NCBI GenBank assembly: GCA_002294045.1
Contig: DBEP01000015.1
Location: forward strand, 9,276 to 32,000
Direction of reading: 5' to 3'
Origin: Lachnoclostridium sp. UBA903
GTDB taxonomy: Bacteria > Bacillota > Clostridia > Lachnospirales > Lachnospiraceae
Length of the DNA: 22,725 bases
Made by a program: the position numbers and the translations under genes. Of the stretch, positions 17,201 to 22,725 are shown one piece after another. Position 1 is the first letter of the stretch. Each line of letters starts with the position of its first letter. The notes below the pieces were generated by a model. That model was not told the DNA's origin. It searched no databases and saw only the letters and a list, made by a program, of their open reading frames with translations.

Positions 17201-17628
17201 TAGATGACGTCTACTTCTTTTTTACACCCGTATAAAAACACGTTCCAGAGCCAGATGTTACCCAAAGGACGGAATGTAACCTTATAGGAGACATCTTCAG
17301 CAGTGCCTTCATACACAAGGGCTTCCCCGGAAGCTGAAAGTCTGCTCCCGGAACGTATACCAAGAAGCGGATATGCCCTTTTGGCAGGTCCGTCATAAAT
17401 ACGCAGATAAATATTGTTTGAGGAGCCATCCTTTACATTGCCACGGAACTGGTTTATCAGGAAGGTTCCCTGACTGCTGCCGCAAGTAAAGGAAAATATA
17501 TCTCCCGAAGGAAGAAAACGATACAGCATTTCGTTTTGTCTGATATCCATAAAACAATTTATTTTATTCATTATGTCTGGAATCCTTTCTATAAAGCAGT
17601 TCATTTTTATATGAGAAAACGTTTCCAT
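14263..17628 (-). CDS. Large glycoside phosphorylase-like protein of the GH94 clan (cellobiose / beta-oligoglucan phosphorylase superfamily; GH94, GH149 or GH161 not distinguishable by eye)
   Basis: 1121-aa ORF. The C-terminal half carries GGAAWGTRDICQGP (res 640-653), YAGGDWDDTLQP (res 766-777, resembling the DWND catalytic-acid motif of GH94), REISLQYTHAHIRY and LYSSGPGIY. The start is uncertain: candidate ATGs lie at 17628, 17604, 17571 and 17550, and none has a strong SD. The first ATG sits inside a cre-like operator. Confidence 0.75.
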   Translation of the reverse strand: METFSHIKMNCFIERIPDIMNKINCFMDIRQNEMLYRFLPSGDIFSFTCGSSQGTFLINQFRGNVKDGSSNNIYLRIYDGPAKRAYPLLGIRSGSRLSASGEALVYEGTAEDVSYKVTFRPLGNIWLWNVFLYGCKKEVDVIYGQDIGLAEADCVYTNELYTSEYLGHAVFENADGYAVCSRQNLPSLNSFPYIQQGAVGIKVIHYSTDGLQFFGLSYKDTDIPEILNSDLSDYNLQYEFAYTALQTEKIALNGECSFAFYGYFLPDHKKAVRELEYREQIISAYESVRKETHKTAPVKPVRIKEEFGSPYSSPAFSQAEINALYPERKLEEVTDNTLLSFFTREHSHVVTKEKELLTERPHGTIIITPPDTADVTSRLISSTQYMYGIFNSHVAIGNTDLHKLFSTPRGFLNVMKNSGQRIYLRLNGQYRLLTLPGLFEMGMNYSRWYYHLPEDILTVTAYTAVSDPDIMLEVKSRERIRYEFILTNQLVMGNNEYTGDIEYTDIDGGIRFTLDNPVYPGLHYDVLLPDVGFTPSDDRIFFEGETAFDETFLTLSFKENSFRLLIKGSLTGEELQKNTSYVFSDEKEKALDFYRKLIRNFRLKSSADKEKIGILNETAWWYAHNAMIHFSMPHGLEQPGGAAWGTRDICQGPMEFFLATGNYTILRRILLIIFSRQNYETKEWPQWFMFDRYSIHAGECHGDVIFWPLKCTADYILASGDKDILQEILPYADKPDKQAALLDHIHRALSNLKETRFVKNTGLITYAGGDWDDTLQPASGELKVKMVSSWTVALAYQTFTALSNALADTDKELSGEFYSLSCLVKDAFHNMLIKDGIIAGFLEWGDSCRHMLHPADDTIGIRYRLLPMTRSIIAELADKQQAEKNASVIKANLKCPDGVRLMDRPARYDGGVSHLFKRAEQAANVGREISLQYTHAHIRYIEAMAKLGQGKEAWNALFTINPILIRNSVANAGIRQSNLYFSSSDGAYKDRYDYEKNFGLLKTGDIRVKGGWRLYSSGPGIYFRQLVSNVLGIRFSKDGIIIDPVLPGDLNGLSFRYQCYGKTFTFHYNIAPDNTLRVTDRGKAVPAFVLTNPYRTGGILIPGEELKHCGRNLIIHAKAFH
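17614..17628 (-). promoter_or_regulatory. Operator O1: cre-like / LacI-family operator downstream of the phosphorylase promoter
   Basis: The - strand reads ATGGAAACGTTTTCT. Every fixed position of the degenerate cre consensus WTGNAANCGNWNNCW is satisfied. The core GGAAACGTTTTC is a near-palindrome. Confidence 0.5.
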
Positions 17629-17671
17629 TAAAAAGAGAAACTATTATGGAAAAATTTCAAAAACTAAAGTG

Positions 17672-17700
17672 AGTATATAAGAAAACAAATTATTTGTCAA
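17672..17700 (-). promoter_or_regulatory. Candidate sigma-A promoter for the phosphorylase gene
   Basis: On the - strand: TTGACA (17700-17695), a 17-nt spacer, then TATACT (17677-17672). Confidence 0.55.
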
Positions 17701-17771
17701 TAAGCAAGGTGATAATTAACAATTTATATATAAAAAATTATATAAAAATACTAATTATTATAAATTAATAA

Positions 17772-17800
17772 TTGACAAAAGTGAAAACAGGGAATACAAT
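17772..17800 (+). promoter_or_regulatory. Candidate sigma-A promoter for the LplB/LplC/LplA-type transporter operon
   Basis: TTGACA (17772-17777), a 17-nt spacer, then TACAAT (17795-17800). This predicts a leader of about 155 nt before the ATG at 17964. Confidence 0.6.
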
Positions 17801-17829
17801 AATCGCATAAGGTACAAAATAAATTAAAA

Positions 17830-17844
17830 ATGGAAATGTTTCCG
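17830..17844 (+). promoter_or_regulatory. Operator O2: LacI-family-type palindrome in the transporter leader
   Basis: ATGGAAATGTTTCCG has inverted arms GGAAA/TTTCC. It shares the AATGGAA half-site with O1 and O3 and lies about 25-40 nt downstream of the predicted transcription start. Confidence 0.45.
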
Positions 17845-17862
17845 TAGTAAATATACATAAAA

Positions 17863-17877
17863 ATGGAACATTTTCAA
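17863..17877 (+). promoter_or_regulatory. Operator O3: a third, more degenerate copy of the same motif
   Basis: ATGGAACATTTTCAA has half-sites TGGAA / TGAAA and lies 33 bp downstream of O2 (three helical turns). Confidence 0.35.
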
Positions 17878-17963
17878 TTTGTATGTTTAACGGAAAAGTA
17901 AAATCCGTTAAGTATACCAGCTGTTTTAATTCAAAGAATTATTGAGAAGGGCAGGAGAAGTCT

Positions 17964-18899
17964 ATGGAAAAAATAAAATTCCATCTGAAAAGCTTTATGC
18001 GTGAGCTGAAACGGAAGAAAGTTCTGTTTTTAATGATATCGCCGGTACTGCTTTATTTTATTGTCTTTTCGTACATACCTATGCCGGGTGCTTACATTGC
18101 TTTTGTAGACTACAATATTGGGAAAGGTATTTTCGGCAGTAATTTTGTAGGGTTGAAAAATTTTGAGTTTTTAGCCAAAACGGGAGACTTGTGGAGGATA
18201 ACGAAAAATACGCTGTTATATAACCTGGCGTTTATAATTTTCTGTAATATGTTCCAGGTAGCATTTGCGGTCATGATATCGGAAATTAGCAGCGCATGGT
18301 TTAAAAAGATATCCCAGTCCGTTATATTATTGCCCTATTTTATATCCATGGTAATCGTAGGATTTTTTGCCTACAATCTTTTTAATTATGACCATGGTTT
18401 TATCAATACCATATTGACCGGACTGGGCTTAGAAAAACATGATTTTTATTCTGACCAGGGAATCTGGAAATATATTATCGTATTCTTTAAAATATGGGCC
18501 AGTACAGGTTACGGTATGATTATTTACCTGGCGGCCATTACGGGCATCAGCAGTGATATTTATGAAGCGGCGGCGTTGGACGGAGCCTCTCCCATGCAGA
18601 AAATACACCGCATAGTGATTCCGCTGCTGAGACCGACCATTATCTTATTGGTCCTCTTTGGACTGGGGGGAATATTAAAAGGTTCCTTTGATTTGTTCTA
18701 TAATATTATCGGCAACAATTCCGTGCTGTATAAACAGACGGATATAATTGATACCTTTGTATTCCGCAGTCTTGTGGGACAGTTTAATTTTTCCCAGGGG
18801 GCGGCGGTTGGATTCTACCAGTCCGTATTCGGCCTGATTCTGGTTCTGACCGTGAATGCAATCGTTAAAAAGATTGAACCGGACAGTGCATTATTCTGA
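17964..18899 (+). CDS. ABC sugar transporter permease (LplB/YtcP-type)
   Basis: 311 aa with an AGGAGA RBS at 17952-17957. The N-terminus (KRKKVLFLMISPVLLYFIVFSYIPMPGAYIAFVDYN) and the EAA loop (IYEAAALDGASPMQKIHRIVIPLLRP) are typical of LplB-like permeases. Confidence 0.9.
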   Translation: MEKIKFHLKSFMRELKRKKVLFLMISPVLLYFIVFSYIPMPGAYIAFVDYNIGKGIFGSNFVGLKNFEFLAKTGDLWRITKNTLLYNLAFIIFCNMFQVAFAVMISEISSAWFKKISQSVILLPYFISMVIVGFFAYNLFNYDHGFINTILTGLGLEKHDFYSDQGIWKYIIVFFKIWASTGYGMIIYLAAITGISSDIYEAAALDGASPMQKIHRIVIPLLRPTIILLVLFGLGGILKGSFDLFYNIIGNNSVLYKQTDIIDTFVFRSLVGQFNFSQGAAVGFYQSVFGLILVLTVNAIVKKIEPDSALF

Positions 18900-18965
18900 C
18901 ATTTAGCCAATCCAATTCACTTTCAACCTTATGCGCATAAAGCGTGCCCGGAAAGGGAGGAAAAT

Positions 18966-19883
18966 ATGACAATTAAAAGTAATGCAACAATAAAAAGTAA
19001 AAAAATTATGGGCAGGGAAGAAAAAGTCATGAAGGTTTTCTTCTATTCTATCCTTACGGTTTTTGCTCTGATTTGTTTATTCCCGTTTCTGCTGATGATA
19101 ACTTCCTCCTTCATGAATGAAAAAGAAATCATTGCGGAAGGGTATAAGTTATTTCCGAAGGAAGTCAGTTTCAGTGCTTACCGGTTTTTATTTCATAATT
19201 CGAAAAATCTTATTTCCGCATACAGGGTTACCATTACCATTGCGGCCGCAGGTACCATGCTGGGACTGTTCTTTATGTCAATGGCCGGTTATGTCCTTTG
19301 CAGAAAAGATTTTAAATACAGGAACCAGATATCCTTTTTTATATATTTTACAACGTTATTCAGCGGAGGTCTGATTCCGTCCTACATTCTGATGGTAAAC
19401 GGCCTGGGGCTGAAGGACAGTATCTGGTCCATGATATTGCCGGGACTTATGAGTCCCTGGTCCATTTTCTTAATGAGAAATTTTATGAAGGCGATACCGG
19501 ACTCCCTTTATGAATCGGCGGCCATAGACGGTGCGGGAGACTTTTATATCTACCGGAGGGTTTTTATGCCCCTGGCAAAGCCTTCGCTTGCTACCATCGG
19601 GCTGTTTTTAACCTTGGGCTACTGGAATGAATGGTATAATGCCATGCTCTATATCCAGTCTTCCGGAAAATATCCCCTGCAATACTTCCTGCAAAGAATT
19701 GTAAGCCAGGCCAACGTACAGCTGCTCATACAGCAGGGAATAACCGTAAATACGGCTGATTTGCCTTCGGAATCCATAAAAATGGCAACGGCGGCTGTGG
19801 CAATTGGTCCCATTATCCTGGTATATCCGTTTGTGCAGAAATATTTTGTCAGCGGATTAACCGTAGGTGCGGTAAAAGGATGA
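18966..19883 (+). CDS. ABC sugar transporter permease (LplC/YteP-type)
   Basis: 305 aa with a GGGAGG RBS upstream. It has multiple TM segments and the EAA loop (LYESAAIDGAGDFYIYRRVFMPLAKP). Confidence 0.9.
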   Translation: MTIKSNATIKSKKIMGREEKVMKVFFYSILTVFALICLFPFLLMITSSFMNEKEIIAEGYKLFPKEVSFSAYRFLFHNSKNLISAYRVTITIAAAGTMLGLFFMSMAGYVLCRKDFKYRNQISFFIYFTTLFSGGLIPSYILMVNGLGLKDSIWSMILPGLMSPWSIFLMRNFMKAIPDSLYESAAIDGAGDFYIYRRVFMPLAKPSLATIGLFLTLGYWNEWYNAMLYIQSSGKYPLQYFLQRIVSQANVQLLIQQGITVNTADLPSESIKMATAAVAIGPIILVYPFVQKYFVSGLTVGAVKG

Positions 19884-20063
19884 TAATATGCTGACAAAAC
19901 AGCTTATTATAAACTTATCGGGTAAGGCTGTCCAGGCGCCGGAACAGCAGACCTGAAGGAACCGGAAGAAAATAATAGAAAAGAAAGGAAAGCCACATTT
20001 TGCTTCTTTCGGTTGTGTTTACTTGTGGCAGGGGGCTCTTCCGCTCCCAAAATGGGTAAAAAA

Positions 20064-21620
20064 ATGAGGAAAATGATGAAAAAATTAACAGCAGCTTTAT
20101 TGGCAGGTATGATTGCCGCAGGTCTTTTAGCCGGCTGCGGCAACAAAACAGCGGACACAAACCTGAACAAAGGGGAAAAAGAAACAAGCACCGAAAACGT
20201 AACCGGTTCGGAAAAAGAAGTGAATGTTGTAATGTACTTATTGGGAGGCGAAGGTGTTGCCAATCGTGATATTTTGGATGCCTTAAATGAAAAATTAAGG
20301 ACCGGTATTAATACGACTCTGGAAATCAAATACATTGACTGGGGTGACGTAGCCACCAAATATCCTTTAATATGGGCTTCCGGAGAAGAATTTGACATGG
20401 CCTATGTAGCTTCGGGAGCGGCGGTTCCCTATGCCACCCTGGCAAAACAAAACGCCCTCGTTGATATTACCGATATGATAGACAAGTATGCTCCCTTACT
20501 GAGAACAGAATTAAGTGACAGATGGGACAGTGTAAAAGTAAACGGGAAAATCTATGCCGTACCTAACAATTACAGCGAATACACGGCATACGGCTTTGTA
20601 AGCCGTACGGACCTGATGGAAAAATACGGAGTTACCGGCATTTCCTCCATAACCGACATGGAAACCTATATGGATGCCGCCCTGAAAGACGGCATGACAC
20701 CGCTTAACGGAAGCTCCAACCTGGCTATGGACTTATACCGTATGTTTGTAGCGGCAACGGGAGGTTGGATTGATGCTCCCGGTATTCCGTTTACGGAAAT
20801 GTATCTGGTAGGGGATAAGGACAATCCTTATGAAGTACTGCATCCTGCCTTTACCGATGAATTTGAGGCTTTTGCGGTAAAAATGCGCGAATGGGCAGAT
20901 AAAGGCTACTGGTCAAAAGATATTCTGTCTTCTTCACAGGATGACAAGGACAACTTCCACAATGGTTTGTCTGCCGCTTACATCAGCCACCAGCCGGACT
21001 GGACGGGAAGCTATGGAACCCTGGTACAGAAGCTGCCGGGTATTGATACGGAATTTTATTGTTTCCCGGAAGCAGGCGGCAAGATTATCAAATCAACCGG
21101 AGTAGGTGCGGCAACCGCCGTCAATGTTAATTCAAAATATCCGGAAAGATGCTTAATGGTAATTGAAAAACTGATGACGGATAAAGAATGCTATGATTTA
21201 TTCCAATACGGCATCGAAGGCAGGCAGTACGAAGTGGCGGACGGAAAAATTACAAAACCTGCGGATTATAATGCGGAAACTGACGGAGGCGGTTTCGCCG
21301 GATGGGCCTTCCGTACGGACCGGCTTAACATACCGCAAAGTACGGAGGACCCCCGCCGTTATACCTTAAATGAAGAGTGGTCTAAAACAGCATTTGATAG
21401 TCCGTATATTGGATTCAGCTTTGATTCTTCCAAGGTATCTACCGAATTAGCATCAATAGCCAGTGTTGATTCCCAGCTTGGAATCCAGATATTGTTAGGC
21501 AAAACACAACAAAGCCCGGAAGCAGCGGTTGAAGAATACAGGACTCAATTAAAGAATGCGGGAGTGGAAACGGTTATAGCGGAAGTAAATTCCCAGATAC
21601 AGGCGTTTTCGGCACAATAA
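20064..21620 (+). CDS. Large extracellular solute-binding lipoprotein (LplA-type, about 515 aa)
   Basis: The signal peptide MRKMMKKLTAALLAGMIAAGLLAGCGN has an LAGC lipobox. Its size and position after LplB/LplC-type permeases fit LplA-type binding proteins. The start is ambiguous among ATGs at 20052, 20064, 20073 and 20076; the ORF is open from 20013. Confidence 0.85.
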   Translation: MRKMMKKLTAALLAGMIAAGLLAGCGNKTADTNLNKGEKETSTENVTGSEKEVNVVMYLLGGEGVANRDILDALNEKLRTGINTTLEIKYIDWGDVATKYPLIWASGEEFDMAYVASGAAVPYATLAKQNALVDITDMIDKYAPLLRTELSDRWDSVKVNGKIYAVPNNYSEYTAYGFVSRTDLMEKYGVTGISSITDMETYMDAALKDGMTPLNGSSNLAMDLYRMFVAATGGWIDAPGIPFTEMYLVGDKDNPYEVLHPAFTDEFEAFAVKMREWADKGYWSKDILSSSQDDKDNFHNGLSAAYISHQPDWTGSYGTLVQKLPGIDTEFYCFPEAGGKIIKSTGVGAATAVNVNSKYPERCLMVIEKLMTDKECYDLFQYGIEGRQYEVADGKITKPADYNAETDGGGFAGWAFRTDRLNIPQSTEDPRRYTLNEEWSKTAFDSPYIGFSFDSSKVSTELASIASVDSQLGIQILLGKTQQSPEAAVEEYRTQLKNAGVETVIAEVNSQIQAFSAQ

Positions 21621-21764
21621 ACAGCCCCAGTGCAGCACCCCTCATTGTAGCTTCAAATATTATTTTTATACTGTTTGTACAAATTTATAGAAATTAAAAT
21701 GGATAAATGATAAAATTACGGTATAGTTTCTGAATTTACTGTTATATGGAGGATACGATTAGCT

Positions 21765-22725
21765 ATGAGTGTAACGATTAAAGATGTCGCCAGATTATCT
21801 GGAGTTGGGATAGCAACAGTTTCCAGGGTATTGAATAACAGCGGTATTACAAGCAGTGAAACGAAAGAAAAAGTAATGGCTGCGGTGAGGGAGCTTAATT
21901 ATGTTCCGAATAATAATGCCAGAAACCTGAAAATGGGACAGTCCAGAACGATTGCTCTGTTAGCTAAGAGTATAACGAATCCGTTTTTTCAAAAGATGAT
22001 CCATACCATAGAACAAAAGGTCTTTCTGCGCGGATATCATCTGGAAATAAGAAATGTAAATTATTCCGAATATGAGATGTCGATGGCGATTAAAGAAGTC
22101 CAGGACCGTAATTTAAATGGTGTTATTCTTATGGGCGGTAATTTTGAATATACCAACGAAGATTTTAAAAGACTGGGAGTACCCTGTGTATTGCTTACGG
22201 TTTCCGGAGGGAAAGATGTGGATAAAGATTTATATTCCAGCGTAATTATAGATGATGAGGCGGAGAGCTTTAAAGCTACGGAGTACCTGATACAATTAGG
22301 GCACAGAAGAATCGGCTGTATATACAGCAACCAGGGTGAAGTAGTGACACCGAACAAACTGCGCTTCGGAGGATATCAAAAAGCGCTGGAAGCCCACGGG
22401 ATAACTTATGACCCGGTGCTGGTTTCTTCCATTCACGTATCCGAATCCGGTTATGAATTTGGTTTTAACATGATGAAAAACCTGATGTTAAGAAATAAAG
22501 ACATGACTGCTGTGGTAACCATGGCGGATACTATGGCAATCGGTGCGGCCAAAGCCGTTTTATCTGCGGGGCTCCGTATACCGGAGGATATATCCGTGAT
22601 AGGATTTGACGGTATTGAAGTGGCGGAATATTATAATCCGTCCCTTGATACGATCTGCCAGCCTGCCGAACAGATGTCATTAGGTGCAATTGATGCCCTG
22701 TTTGGCATGCTGCAGGATGAAAAGA
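21765..22725 (+). CDS. LacI/GalR-family transcriptional regulator (3' end beyond the window)
   Basis: This ORF is absent from the ORF track because no stop codon falls in the window. Hand translation gives MSVTIKDVARLSGVGIATVSRVLNNSGITSSETKEKVMAAVRELNYVPNNNARNLK (the canonical LacI HTH), followed by a periplasmic-binding-protein-like core (...AVVTMADTMAIGAAKAVLSAGLRIPEDISVIGFDG...). It stays open for 320 codons to the window end. GGAGG lies at 21748-21752. Confidence 0.9.
   Translation, partial: MSVTIKDVARLSGVGIATVSRVLNNSGITSSETKEKVMAAVRELNYVPNNNARNLKMGQSRTIALLAKSITNPFFQKMIHTIEQKVFLRGYHLEIRNVNYSEYEMSMAIKEVQDRNLNGVILMGGNFEYTNEDFKRLGVPCVLLTVSGGKDVDKDLYSSVIIDDEAESFKATEYLIQLGHRRIGCIYSNQGEVVTPNKLRFGGYQKALEAHGITYDPVLVSSIHVSESGYEFGFNMMKNLMLRNKDMTAVVTMADTMAIGAAKAVLSAGLRIPEDISVIGFDGIEVAEYYNPSLDTICQPAEQMSLGAIDALFGMLQDEK

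Noticed and set aside
19907-20398. 163-aa and 90-aa - strand ORFs across the spacer between the permease and the binding-protein gene and the 5' end of that gene.
   Set aside because: They are antisense to the lipoprotein signal peptide region, have low-complexity composition and no RBS.
21674-21683. 10-bp perfect palindrome TTTGTACAAA upstream of the LacI-family gene, considered as a possible autoregulatory operator.
   Set aside because: It is too short and AT-rich to be significant, and it is unrelated to the AATGGAA operator family at 17612-17878.
22061-22357. 98-aa - strand ORF near the right end of the window.
   Set aside because: It lies antisense inside the clearly coding LacI-family regulator gene.
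1-22725. A whole-window scan for CRISPR repeats, tRNA/rRNA genes, transposases, integrases, phage genes, toxin-antitoxin pairs and defence-system genes.
   Set aside because: I found no periodic direct repeats and no cloverleaf-like or rRNA-like segments in the short non-coding gaps. Every ORF of convincing length has a metabolic, transport or regulatory family signature.

Overview
This window looks like a chromosomal segment from an anaerobic Firmicute, probably Clostridia/Lachnospiraceae-like. That placement is an inference from GGAGG ribosome-binding sites, AT-rich intergenic DNA, and the gene content (nrdDG, a YesMN-type two-component system, LplABC-type sugar transporters). All 15 genes I call have recognisable families.

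Gene order, left to right:
- a PFK-family phosphofructokinase with PPi-type signature residues (+)
- a convergent AraC-type response regulator and YesM-type histidine kinase operon (-)
- a divergent sugar ABC importer: lipoprotein binding protein plus two permeases (+)
- the anaerobic ribonucleotide reductase operon nrdD-nrdG (-), preceded by tandem NrdR boxes
- a divergent Uup/YfmR-type ABC-F ATPase and a YqeY/GatB-domain protein (+)
- a convergent 1121-aa glycoside phosphorylase-like protein of the GH94 clan (-)
- divergently from it, an LplB/LplC/LplA-type sugar ABC importer (+)
- a LacI-family regulator that runs off the right edge (+)

I found no rRNA, tRNA, CRISPR array, transposase, integrase, or recognisable defence, toxin or secretion genes. 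I see no compelling evidence for a wholly new multi-gene system.

The items most worth follow-up are:
- the compact regulon of giant phosphorylase, transporter and LacI regulator, with two near-consensus divergent promoters and three related cre/LacI-type operators
- a 143-bp imperfect palindromic element in the kinase/binding-protein divergent region
- a structured tandem-hairpin insert between the two permease genes of the first ABC operon
- a permease whose conserved N-terminus has no canonical start codon (likely an ATA start, or an ATG-to-ATA lesion)

All family assignments come from motif recognition by eye. No database search was run.
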